A stretch of 32,000 bases of DNA from Morganella psychrotolerans (GCF_001676155.1 NZ_LZEW01000004.1:13848-45847), one strand, 5' to 3'. Positions 8,685 through 17,573 are shown, counted from the stretch's first letter. The notes: generated by a model not told the origin, from the sequence alone. A program made the numbers and translations.

Positions 8685-11276
8685 TCAGCCGCGCTGCCCG
8701 GCGGCCTGATACTGTAGTGGTGCTATCTCAGTATGAAAATCCGAATACAGGGTATCACCGCGCTCTTCAACCGCCAGATGCGAAAATACATTACCGTGAA
8801 AAGGTTTCACCTGTGTTTTTCCGTCTGTTTTCAGAATCTGATAAAACTGCGGCAGATTAAAATTGATAAAGCTGGAGCCATAAGTGAAACGGTCGTGGGA
8901 AGACGAGTAAAAACGGCTGACATCACGGACGAGATCATCTTTACTGCCCTCACAACCTGAATAAATCTCCACGCGGTTTGATTCATCCAGTACGTAAATA
9001 TTGAATCCGTTATCATCACGGTTTTCAAAGAAAAACTGGATAATCCCCTCACTCGCATAGCCATCCACCACATCCGGCAGATGCCCGGTTTCCGTACTGA
9101 TTTTTACCGGAAACCCACGCAGTTTGTTATTGGAGATAGCGCCGTAAAATTCGACGGCATTTTCCAGTTTCTGTACTGAGACATTCAGACGTTCAAAGAA
9201 CAATCCCCATGTCTGACCGGCGAGACGCAGAGCTTTGAAGCGGCCCGGATCCTGACGGTTAGTGGTTAAGCGCAGTTCAATACACTCAGAAACCAACTGC
9301 TGAATACGGGTACGGATAAGCCCGCGCAGATGACGGCTGTAACAGAAGACCTCCACGCCTGACGGCGGTGCCGCATCCTGGTGCATCTTGCCCAAAATCG
9401 TTTTGATGGCTTCCAGCACCGACTGTTCGCCGCTGAAATGCAGTGTCCGGACTTCGTTCCATGAGTTGCGGTAAAGCAAATCAATACTGCCGACCAGGCA
9501 CTTTTGCTCCTCGCCGAAACTGAATACATCCGGTTTGCTCATATCAAAATGAACAACCTGCTGCGCAAAATCAGCCGTCGGATCCTGCTCCAGATTGACG
9601 ATAATCGCCAGATGACGGATTTCACACGGACTGTAAAGCGCACGCGGGGTCGGTGCCGGCAGGCTGATAGGGAAATTTAGTGAAACATCATGCACCAGTT
9701 CATGCAATTTTTGTTCATCACAGTGAGATTCACCGTTATGAATATACACGCGGGTTTTGTCTGTCAGCAGCCCGTTAAAGTAGGTCCATGAAACGAGCTT
9801 ATTCAGATAGCGGTTATATTCAAGCGGCTGATGACCAATAATGGTATGAATGGTCGGTGCCTGATTATACAGATACCAGCCGCTGCGGTTAGCCCGCCCG
9901 CGGGGAACATAAATAAAGGTCAGATTCTCTTCTGACAGATCCGGCGAAATCTGCGGATTCACCAGGGTCACTTTCCCCGGCAGTGCTTCAAATGCCGCAT
10001 ACAATTTCCGGGTCAGAACCCCGATATCCTGCGGGCTGGCGCTGACGCTCAGATTGTTACGCCGCGCAAAACGGATCAGGTTACGGTAGCTTTGCATCAT
10101 GGTATCGAGCAACTCATTGTGCGCATCGCGCACCTGCTCAATCTTCCAGTCATTGCGGCGATCAAGTATCGCCAGACGTTCCGGTGACCATCCCCACGCG
10201 GTAACCATCTCCGCCAGTACCTGGCAGCGCCAGCCACCGGATGCGCGTTCACTGACTCCGGCAGGCGGTTTTTCACAGATTTTCAGGTAAAAACAGCGGC
10301 GGATTAGATCAAGGCGGGTTTCATCATTAATGGCTTTCAGATAACGCGTGATGCGGTCAAGCAGCATACAGTAGGCATCCAGTCCGTAATGGACTATCTC
10401 ACCGGCATGAAGATGTTTCTTAAACTCTGTCGCCAGAAGCTGCCCGTTCGGGTAATCCCACGAGTAAGCTTCCAGCAGTAAACTTTTGATAACGGCTTTA
10501 TACGGTGAATCAACACTTTTATACAGTTGCCACAAACTGGCACCAAAGTACTCTTCTGCTGATAATTCACCCAATCCGCCCAAATCCAGCCACTCATTCG
10601 GGGTTAATACACCCTGCGCATAAAGTGACATCACATATTCATCGTAGTGATGCTCTTCTTCTGCCGGTACCATCGTCCACAGCAGGCGCTTACCGGCCAT
10701 CCGCACAGCGGTGCGATAAAATTCATCAAGCAGTAAAATGTGCTGGGTCGAGCCGCAGTCTTCGCCGTTAAGGCTGCCGCTGGCATTATGGCGGAAACGG
10801 TTTTCATCGATCAGAAAGAACGTGACATCAATCCCTTTACCCGCAGCCCACTCTTCAATCAATGTGCATTTGCGCTGTAAATTCTGTTTTTCATCATTAT
10901 CAAGCCAGGACTGATGACAAACCCAGATATCCAGATCAGACGAATGGCTCTGACCGACAGAGGAGGTGCTGCCCATAGAGTAGATGCCGGTTATCGGCAG
11001 TTCGCCGTTGGCATTGCACGGCTTGCATTCACCATGCTGACGGGAAAAGTCACTCATCCAGTCAGTCTGAAAATCGTCAGATGCCCAGAAACAGACGCCA
11101 TGCGGCACGCTGCCCTGTACATAGCCCGGCATATCAGGATGGTGATGGTGCAACAACACGGGCAACAAACCATACACTTCTGTAAACGCCCGACTCATCC
11201 CGATGGTCGCGCGCTCTGATCTGAGCTGATTTATTGCATCCAAACGCTGCTTGAGAGTTTCAATATAGAGATACAA
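8685..11276 (-). CDS. cyaA: Class I adenylate cyclase CyaA, TTG start
   Basis: 863 aa. [19 protein letters not shown]... is colinear with E. coli CyaA across the catalytic and regulatory domains. The start codon is TTG (TTGTATCTCTATATTGAAACT), as in E. coli. Confidence 0.96.
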   Translation of the reverse strand: MYLYIETLKQRLDAINQLRSERATIGMSRAFTEVYGLLPVLLHHHHPDMPGYVQGSVPHGVCFWASDDFQTDWMSDFSRQHGECKPCNANGELPITGIYSMGSTSSVGQSHSSDLDIWVCHQSWLDNDEKQNLQRKCTLIEEWAAGKGIDVTFFLIDENRFRHNASGSLNGEDCGSTQHILLLDEFYRTAVRMAGKRLLWTMVPAEEEHHYDEYVMSLYAQGVLTPNEWLDLGGLGELSAEEYFGASLWQLYKSVDSPYKAVIKSLLLEAYSWDYPNGQLLATEFKKHLHAGEIVHYGLDAYCMLLDRITRYLKAINDETRLDLIRRCFYLKICEKPPAGVSERASGGWRCQVLAEMVTAWGWSPERLAILDRRNDWKIEQVRDAHNELLDTMMQSYRNLIRFARRNNLSVSASPQDIGVLTRKLYAAFEALPGKVTLVNPQISPDLSEENLTFIYVPRGRANRSGWYLYNQAPTIHTIIGHQPLEYNRYLNKLVSWTYFNGLLTDKTRVYIHNGESHCDEQKLHELVHDVSLNFPISLPAPTPRALYSPCEIRHLAIIVNLEQDPTADFAQQVVHFDMSKPDVFSFGEEQKCLVGSIDLLYRNSWNEVRTLHFSGEQSVLEAIKTILGKMHQDAAPPSGVEVFCYSRHLRGLIRTRIQQLVSECIELRLTTNRQDPGRFKALRLAGQTWGLFFERLNVSVQKLENAVEFYGAISNNKLRGFPVKISTETGHLPDVVDGYASEGIIQFFFENRDDNGFNIYVLDESNRVEIYSGCEGSKDDLVRDVSRFYSSSHDRFTYGSSFINFNLPQFYQILKTDGKTQVKPFHGNVFSHLAVEERGDTLYSDFHTEIAPLQYQAAGQRG

Positions 11277-11929
11277 AGGGTTCGCCTGATTTTATTTCAT
11301 GTAACTGGAAATGACCTGATGTCCGGCTTTATGTGTAAATGAATACAGACTAATGATGACGCTGAAAATGATAAGAATTGGAATCAATGCTAAATTGCCG
11401 GAAACGTGATCAATCTAACACCTTCAGGGCAAAGGGTAAAGCATGAGACTAAAAAAGGCACGATTACCCAAAGTTATCAATCCGGATATAAATAGTTGTA
11501 AATACTCTATTTTCCATAAAAATTATTGTGATACACACAAATAGTGTAAGGAAATAACCCGTAAATCTGATTCAACCCCCCGGCTGTATTTTTTTTGACC
11601 AAAAAAGTAACATTACGTATCCCTTTATGTATATTTTATATATTTTAATAATACAATTAATTAGTTATTTAAGTTGAAACGATTTAATTAATTACCGGAA
11701 CTACAAATTAATTTAATTATTTAAAATATATTTTAATCACCTCCTGACATACTCTTGCCACCTGATAATCAGATTCGTCATTTTTCGGCCTTATCTGCCG
11801 GGCAGATCTCGTCACATAACTGGAAAAATAATCAGCAAAATGATAAAACAAAGGCAGTTTTTCTTATTTTTCCGGTTACCCTTAACTCCTGAAATCCGGA
11901 TAAAAAGACAAGGATCCCAGACAATTATC

Positions 11930-12870
11930 ATGACCAATCAACTGTTGCGCATCGCTACCCGTCAAAGCCCGCTCGCTCTCTGGCAGGCCGAATTTGTTAA
12001 ACAAGCGCTTGAACAGCGGCATCCGGGACTGCATGTCGAACTGGTCCCGATGGTGACCAAAGGTGACATTATTCTTGATACGCCACTGGCAAAAGTGGGC
12101 GGTAAAGGTCTGTTTGTGAAAGAGCTGGAGATGGCATTACTGGAAAACCGGGCGGATATTGCCGTGCATTCCATGAAAGATGTCCCGGTGGATTTCCCGG
12201 ACGGACTGGGTTTAGTCACTATTTGTGAGCGGGAAGATCCGCGCGATGCCTTTGTTTCCAATCAGTACGCGTCTGTTGAGGCATTACCGCCGGGCAGTAT
12301 TGTCGGTACCTCCAGCCTGCGCCGCCAGTGTCAGTTACGGGAACGCCGTCCGGATCTGGTGATCCGCGACCTGCGCGGTAATGTGGGCACGCGGCTGGGT
12401 AAACTGGATAACGGTGAATACGATGCCATTATCCTGCTGCTGCCGGACTGAAACGACTGAAGCTGGACGCCCGTATCCGCTGTACAATGTCACCGGAAGA
12501 GTCACTCCCGGCTGTCGGTCAGGGTGCGGTGGGCATTGAGTGCCGTCTGGATGATGAACACACCCGTTCTCTGCTCAGCGCGCTCAATCATGATGCAACT
12601 GATATCTGTGTCCGGGCGGAACGCGCGATGAATACCCGCCTTGAAGGTGGCTGTCAGGTGCCAATCGGCAGTTATGCAGTCTGGCAGGGTGATAACATCT
12701 GGCTGCGGGCGCTGGTCGGCGCACCGGACGGCAGTGAAGTTATCCGTGGTGAGCGGCTTTGTACGCCGCAGGAGGCCGCCGCTGCCGGTGTTTCTCTGGC
12801 AGAAGAGCTGCTTGATAAAGGCGCACGGGCTATCCTGACTGAGGTTTATCAGGGGCATGCACCTGCATGA
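11930..12870 (+). pseudogene. hemC: Porphobilinogen deaminase HemC, reading frame broken by an apparent 1-nt deletion near 12436
   Basis: [19 protein letters not shown]...GEYDAIIL is read in one frame and stops at 12449-12451. AAAGLKRL...[15 protein letters not shown]...EVYQGHAPA continues in the -1 frame to the normal ATGA overlap with hemD. The ATG at 11930 matches the E. coli N-terminus, so the ORF-track start at 11840 is an upstream extension. Confidence 0.9.
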
Positions 12871-13604
12871 CCATCCTGGTCACCCGCCCTTCCCCGGCCG
12901 GTGAAACCCTGGTCACCGCACTGCGCGCGCGCGGGCAGAATGCCATTTCTGCCCCGCTGATCCGGATACAGCCCGGAAACGAACTGCCGCTGCTGACCAC
13001 AAAAATGGCGGCACTTTCTCCCGGTGATACCCTTTTTCTGCTGTCAAAGAATGCGGTTTATCACGCAAATGAACGGCTGATTCAACAGAATTACCTGTGG
13101 TCTGATAAGTTTTGCTATTATGGTATCGGGCAGTCAACTGCACAGTATTTTCAGGCTCTGACCGGATTACCCGCCGGGTTTATGTCCGGCGGCGAAACCA
13201 GTGAGCATCTGCTGACCCGCCCGGATTTACAGACACTGACCGGACGCCGTATCCTTTTACTGCGCGGTAACGGCGGCAGAGAGCATCTTGCTCAGACCCT
13301 GCGCGAACGCGGTGCTGACGTAAATTACTGTGAATGTTACCGCCGGGAGCCTGTTGAGTATGATGGCGGAGAATGCGCCCTGCGGTGGCAGGAACAACAG
13401 GTTAACACCCTGGTGGTCACCAGCGGCGAAATGCTGCAACTGCTCAGACAACTTATTCCGCCGGCACATATCAGCTGGTTATTTCAGTGCCGGATAGTCG
13501 TTGTCAGTGACAGACTGGCGGCGATTGCACACTCTCTGGGCTGGCAACATATTATTATTGCCCGCAGCGCAGACAATGAAGCCTTACTTCAGGCTCTACA
13601 ATGA
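12867..13604 (+). CDS. hemD: Uroporphyrinogen-III synthase HemD
   Basis: 245 aa (E. coli 246) with an ATGA overlap with hemC. It starts [12 protein letters not shown], like E. coli HemD, and holds the conserved hemCDXY position. Confidence 0.92.
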   Translation: MTILVTRPSPAGETLVTALRARGQNAISAPLIRIQPGNELPLLTTKMAALSPGDTLFLLSKNAVYHANERLIQQNYLWSDKFCYYGIGQSTAQYFQALTGLPAGFMSGGETSEHLLTRPDLQTLTGRRILLLRGNGGREHLAQTLRERGADVNYCECYRREPVEYDGGECALRWQEQQVNTLVVTSGEMLQLLRQLIPPAHISWLFQCRIVVVSDRLAAIAHSLGWQHIIIARSADNEALLQALQ

Positions 13605-13627
13605 ATAAAAAATATGGGACGCCACTT

Positions 13628-14966
13628 ATGACGGAACTCGAAAAAAAAAACCGGATCTGCTGATACGCCTGACACACAGGATGGCGTATCTGATACAGCG
13701 GTGCAGGCGGATAAACAAACCGCGGCCCGGGAAAAATCTGCCGGAAAAAACGTCACTGAAAAAGCGGCGTCAGCTAAAAACAACACAACCGCACAGCCGG
13801 AAACACCAACGCGCGGACACACCCCGCCCGAACCCTCTGCCGCAGAAAAAAAACCGCAGTCCGGTTTTCTGCGCAGTGCCGTTGCGCTCGCCGTTATTTT
13901 ACTGATCGGCGGCGGTGTATGGTATGCATCGCAGATCAATACGCAAACACTGTCACAGCGGCTGGAAGCGGAAAACGCACAGCTGAAATCACAGATGGCG
14001 CAGTTGCAGCAGGAACAATTGCAAAGCCATAAACAAATGCAGGAATTTATCACTCAGCAATCAGCACTCAGCGCTCAGTATCAGCAACAGGATGCCACAC
14101 TGAAACATGAGCTGGATTTGCTGCGCAGCCGTGTCAGCACCTTGTCCAGTGCCGATGTAAAAAGCTGGCTGATAGCACAGGCTGATTTTCTGGTCAAAAT
14201 GGCAGAACGCAAGCTATGGAATGATCAGGATGTCGTCACCGCCATGGTATTACTGAAAAATGCCGATGCCAGCCTGGCAGAAATGAACGACCCCGGTCTG
14301 CTGGATGTCCGGACCGCGCTGCGTAATGATATCACCGCGCTCTCAGCGGTCAGCCAGATCGATTTTGACGGCACTATTTTACGCCTGAATCAACTGGCAA
14401 ATCAGGTTGATAACCTGCGTATTGATGATGGCAGCCGTGACGGTGCGCCGATGGACAGCAGCGACAGCGAAGGTATCACATCATCCGTTGCAGACTGGCG
14501 GACAAACCTGACCAAAAGCTGGCAGAGCTTTATGAGTGACTTTATTACTATCCGCCGCCGCGACAGCAGCGCTGCACCTCTGCTGGCACCAAATCAGGAT
14601 ATTTATGTCCGTGAAAATATCCGCGCCCAGTTGCTGATTGCCGCTCAGGCGGTGCCGCGTCACCAGGAAGAGAGCTACAAACAGGCACTGGATTCAGTCT
14701 CCACCTGGGTTCGTGCATATTTTGCGGATAATGACCCGGAAAATACTGCATTCCTGAAAGAAATTGATGAATTAGCCGCACAGCCTGTCGCCATGAGCAT
14801 ACCGGACAGCCTGTCCAGCCAGCCGCTGCTGGATAAACTGGTACAGACGCGGATCCGCCGTTTGCTCAATGATGAGGCTCTGCCACCACCGGTTGCCGAA
14901 CCACAGGCAGTACCCGCAGAGCCGGCGCCTGCTGTGCCGGAAGCAGCACCAAAACAGGAGGGATAA
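13628..14966 (+). CDS. hemX: HemX (membrane-anchored hem-operon protein); the N-terminal 8 codons are out of frame with the rest across an A10 run
   Basis: The contiguous ORF 13701-14966 (GTG start) is colinear with E. coli HemX ([45 protein letters not shown]). The ATG at 13628 encodes MTELEKK (E. coli MTEQEK), lies 24 nt after the hemD stop, and joins the main frame if the A10 run were A9. Confidence 0.85.
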
Positions 14967-14969
14967 CGG

Positions 14970-16169
14970 ATGTTTAAACTCTTTATTCTGTTCCTTGTCC
15001 TGATCGCGGGGATCATTATCGGACCGCTGGTCGCCGGACATCAGGGCTATGTACTGATCCAGACTGATGATTATGACATTGAAACCAGTGTCACCGGGCT
15101 CGTTATCTGCTTTCTCGGATTACAGGCCGCGCTGATATTACTCGGCTGGTGCTGGCGTCGTCTGAGAACCGGCAGTTCCCGGACTCTGGGCTGGTTTGGC
15201 GGTCATAAGCGCAACCGCGCCCGCAGCCTGACCAATGACGCCCTGCTTAAACTGGCAGAAGGCGATTTCCGCCAGGTGGAAAAATTGCTCAGCCGCAGTG
15301 CAGATAATGCCGAACAACCGCTGGTCAACTATTTACTTGCCGCAGAAGCAGCACAACAGCGCAGTGATAATATCCGGGCTAATCAATATCTTGAACGGGC
15401 AGCTGAACTGGCCGGAAATCACCAGTTACCGGTTGATATCACCCGCGCACGTATTTTGCTGACCCGTAATGAAATTCCGGCAGCACGCACCGCAATTGAT
15501 AACCTGCTGGATATTGCCCCGCGCCATCCGGAAGTACTGCGTCTGGCAGAGCAGGTTTATGCACGCTCCGGTGCCTGGAAATCCCTGGTTGCCATCTTGC
15601 CGGCAATGAAAAAATCCGGTGAGTTTACTGATGAGCAGGTTGAGCAGACAGAAACCCGCGCCTGGCTCGGTATGATGCAGCAGGTTGCCGATCAGGATGG
15701 CAGTGATGCACTGCGCCACTGGTGGAAAAATCTGAGCCGCCATCTGCGTCATAATCCGGATCTGGCGGTAGCCGCTGCACAGCACTTTATTGCCGGTGAT
15801 GATATGAGTGATGCAGAAGCCGTGATACTTGACGGGCTGAAACGACAGAAAGATGATCGCCTGCTGATACTGCTGCCACGTATCCGGACAGAAAATCCGA
15901 AAGCTATCCGTAAAATACTGAACCAGCTACAGAAAGATGACAGCAAACAACCGTTGCTCAACAGTACATTGGGGCAAATGGCGATGCAGGAAGGCCGGTG
16001 GGAAGACGCTGAGCAATACTTCAAATCCGCCCTGAATACCCGCAGGGATACACATGATGCCGCCTGGCTTGCCGATGTGCTGGATAAACAAAAGAAATAT
16101 GAAGAGTCAGCAATGATCCGCCGCAATGCACTGCTGGACACACTGACACTGCCGGATGAGAACCATTAA
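14970..16169 (+). CDS. hemY: HemY (TPR-containing membrane protein of the hem operon)
   Basis: 399 aa (E. coli 398). It has two N-terminal TM segments followed by a TPR-like domain, and is the last gene of hemCDXY. Confidence 0.92.
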   Translation: MFKLFILFLVLIAGIIIGPLVAGHQGYVLIQTDDYDIETSVTGLVICFLGLQAALILLGWCWRRLRTGSSRTLGWFGGHKRNRARSLTNDALLKLAEGDFRQVEKLLSRSADNAEQPLVNYLLAAEAAQQRSDNIRANQYLERAAELAGNHQLPVDITRARILLTRNEIPAARTAIDNLLDIAPRHPEVLRLAEQVYARSGAWKSLVAILPAMKKSGEFTDEQVEQTETRAWLGMMQQVADQDGSDALRHWWKNLSRHLRHNPDLAVAAAQHFIAGDDMSDAEAVILDGLKRQKDDRLLILLPRIRTENPKAIRKILNQLQKDDSKQPLLNSTLGQMAMQEGRWEDAEQYFKSALNTRRDTHDAAWLADVLDKQKKYEESAMIRRNALLDTLTLPDENH

Positions 16170-16234
16170 CTTTACACTGATACGTCATTAAAAGAGATTG
16201 ACGACATCATGTATTGATGGCAAAAATAAGACAT

Positions 16235-16447
16235 AAAAAAACACCTATCGTGAAACGATAGGTGTATAAAAATACAATCAGGTCTACAGACGGGTGGTGC
16301 CTCACTCAACGTTACGTCCTGTTGTTGATGTAAAGATTTCGGGATCTTTTACATCGATAACCCGGACAATAGGCACCGAATCTAGCTCTGCATCATCTCC
16401 GGGTTTATGAAGCTTTCGCAATCATAAGAAATGAGATGAGCATCTAC
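16235..16447 (-). ncRNA. glmZ: Small RNA GlmZ (SraJ/RyiA), activator of glmS translation
   Basis: The minus strand reads GTAGATGCTCAT...CATAAACCCGGAGATGATGCAGAGC...ACGTAACGTTGAGTGAGGCACC...GTAGACCTG. It then has an 11-bp terminator stem (16241-16265) and U7. These blocks match my recollection of E. coli GlmZ. It is convergent with hemY, as in E. coli. Confidence 0.8.
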
Positions 16448-16457
16448 ACTCAGAGTA

Positions 16458-16474
16458 ATGCACAACCCGTGCCA
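16458..16474 (-). promoter_or_regulatory. Sigma54 (-24/-12) promoter of glmZ
   Basis: The minus strand reads TGGCACGGGTTGTGCAT, against the consensus TGGCACG-N4-TTGCW. The GC element lies about 12 nt upstream of the predicted GlmZ 5' end. Confidence 0.75.
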
Positions 16475-16495
16475 ACTATTACGCCTCCTTATTTT

Positions 16496-16522
16496 CCCAC
16501 GGTTTCCGTGGGTTTATTTTTT
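16496..16522 (+). terminator. Plus-strand intrinsic terminator within the glmZ promoter region
   Basis: CCCACGG-TTT-CCGTGGG (7-bp stem) is followed by TTTATTTTTT on the plus strand. Confidence 0.5.
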
Positions 16523-16569
16523 CTGCCCTTCCCCCCTGAGCTAAATGACCGGCGCAAATCTGCCCGCAC

Positions 16570-16587
16570 TGTCTCTTTTTTGAGACG
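16570..16587. promoter_or_regulatory. GlrR(QseF)-type activator site, proximal (TGTC-N10-GACg)
   Basis: TGTCtcttttttgaGACG, about 125-140 bp upstream of the glmZ 5' end. Confidence 0.55.
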
Positions 16588-16632
16588 CTTTTTGATATCA
16601 ATATTATTTTCATTATAAATCAATACATTAAG

Positions 16633-16650
16633 TGTCTCATATTAACGACA
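16633..16650. promoter_or_regulatory. GlrR(QseF)-type activator site, middle (perfect TGTC-N10-GACA)
   Basis: TGTCtcatattaacGACA, about 186-203 bp upstream of the glmZ 5' end. Confidence 0.65.
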
Positions 16651-16664
16651 TGGATTATGCCCAT

Positions 16665-16682
16665 TGTCGCCAAATACACACA
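16665..16682. promoter_or_regulatory. GlrR(QseF)-type activator site, distal (half-degenerate: TGTC-N10-cACA)
   Basis: TGTCgccaaatacaCACA, about 218-235 bp upstream of the glmZ 5' end. Confidence 0.45.
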
Positions 16683-16777
16683 ATCAATATAACTAATTGA
16701 TTTTTAATATAAATAACTCAGTCATTAAATACACAAAAGATATTCACCAACCATTTTTTCACAAACAATCAGAGAAA

Positions 16778-16876
16778 CAGGATTAGCAGGATTAGCAGGA
16801 TTAGCAGGATTAGCAGGATTAGCAGGATTAGCAGGATTAGCAGGATTAGCAGGATTAGCAGGATTAGCAGGATTAG
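16778..16876. repeat. Perfect 9-bp tandem repeat (CAGGATTAG) x 11
   Basis: 11 identical head-to-tail units counted directly, 99 bp in total. The repeat is intergenic. Confidence 0.98.
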
Positions 16877-16940
16877 TTAAACAGAAGAAATAAAGAGAGG
16901 AAAGCAATAATATGAAAAATAACAGAACGGCAGAAACGAA

Positions 16941-16968
16941 AAAGCCCCGCTATAAGCGGGGCTTTTTC
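16941..16968 (-). terminator. Intrinsic terminator of the tRNA operon (symmetrical A/T flanks, potentially bidirectional)
   Basis: Stem GCCCCGC/GCGGGGC with loop TATAA (TTATA on the minus strand), flanked by A-runs and T-runs on both sides. It starts 7 nt after the tRNA-Pro 3' end. Confidence 0.85.
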
Positions 16969-16974
16969 TGAATA

Positions 16975-17051
16975 TGGTCGGCGAGATAGGATTCGAACCT
17001 ACGACCCACTGGTCCCAAACCAGTTGCGCTACCAAGCTGCGCTACTCGCCG
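16975..17051 (-). tRNA. proM: tRNA-Pro (UGG)
   Basis: The reverse complement CGGCGAGTAGCGCAGCTTGGTAGCGCAACTGGTTTGGGACCAGTGGGTCGTAGGTTCGAATCCTATCTCGCCGACCA is near-identical to E. coli proM. It has a cloverleaf fold and an encoded CCA. Confidence 0.97.
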
Positions 17052-17073
17052 AAAGTCTGACTTTTCATGATGA

Positions 17074-17160
17074 TGGTGCGAAGGGGGGGACTTGAACCCC
17101 CACGTCCGTAAGAACACTAACACCTGAAGCTAGCGCGTCTACCAATTCCGCCACCCTCGC
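17074..17160 (-). tRNA. leuT: tRNA-Leu (CAG)
   Basis: The reverse complement GCGAGGGTGGCGGAATTGGTAGACGCGCTAGCTTCAGGTGTTAGTG...GGGGGTTCAAGTCCCCC...CACCA is a long-variable-arm Leu tRNA, near-identical to E. coli leuT. Confidence 0.97.
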
Positions 17161-17194
17161 AGGTTCATCACTACAGTCAATGCTACATGTAAAA

Positions 17195-17271
17195 TGGGGT
17201 GGCTAATGGGACTCGAACCCACGACGACTGGAATCACAATCCAGGGCTCTACCAACTGAGCTATAGCCACC
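17195..17271 (-). tRNA. hisR: tRNA-His (GUG)
   Basis: The reverse complement GGTGGCTATAGCTCAGTTGGTAGAGCCCTGGATTGTGATTCCAGTCGTCGTGGGTTCGAGTCCCATTAGCCACCCCA includes the extra 5' G typical of tRNA-His. Confidence 0.97.
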
Positions 17272-17350
17272 ATCACATCGTAACATTTTACTACAAACTA
17301 CAACTACTTACAACAGCGAAATACTTAATCCGTAACTTGTGCACACTTAA

Positions 17351-17427
<77 letters not shown>

Positions 17428-17448
17428 TTTACGCCGTTGCGGGAAAGA

Positions 17449-17477
17449 ATAGTACGGATTTCTCTATTATCTGTCCA
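17449..17477 (-). promoter_or_regulatory. Sigma70 promoter of the argX-hisR-leuT-proM operon
   Basis: On the minus strand, TGGACA, a 17-nt spacer and TACTAT are preceded by an A7 UP-like tract. The -10 hexamer ends about 21 nt upstream of the tRNA-Arg 5' end. Confidence 0.6.
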
Positions 17478-17573
17478 GTGCTTTTTTTCACAAATGTATT
17501 GTTTGCTCAGTCTTTATCCGTTTCGCTGAGAAAGAGAGCGTTTTTCCGCAAAAAGCTCCCTGAAATGCCCTGT

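Noticed and set aside
11446-11547. 33-codon ORF (MRLKKARLPKVINPD...) in the cyaA-hemC spacer, and a TGTGA-N6-CAAAT motif at 11527-11542 as a possible CRP site
   Set aside because: The ORF is short, AT-rich and has only a weak SD. The CRP-like motif has a poor right half-site compared with TCACA. Neither can be supported from sequence alone.
16436-16618. 60-aa plus-strand ORF in the hemY-tRNA gap
   Set aside because: It overlaps the glmZ 5' end, the sigma54 promoter and a terminator hairpin. It has no RBS and reads as proline- and phenylalanine-rich nonsense, so the sRNA control region explains this sequence better.
16778-16876. Repeat array as a possible CRISPR
   Set aside because: The units are 9 bp, directly abutting, and have no spacers. 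No cas genes are present in the window.
16725-16907. 60-aa minus-strand ORF encoding an (NPA)10 repeat peptide
   Set aside because: It exists only because the 9-bp repeat is a multiple of 3. It has a TTG start and no Shine-Dalgarno, and its flanks are low-complexity. I treat it as a by-product of the tandem repeat, not a gene.
16912-16971. 19-codon ORF (MKNNRTAETKKPRYKRGFF) preceded by GAGAGGAAAG
   Set aside because: The ORF runs through the tRNA-operon terminator stem, and its SD spacing is long (11 nt). There is no supporting evidence, so it is probably fortuitous.
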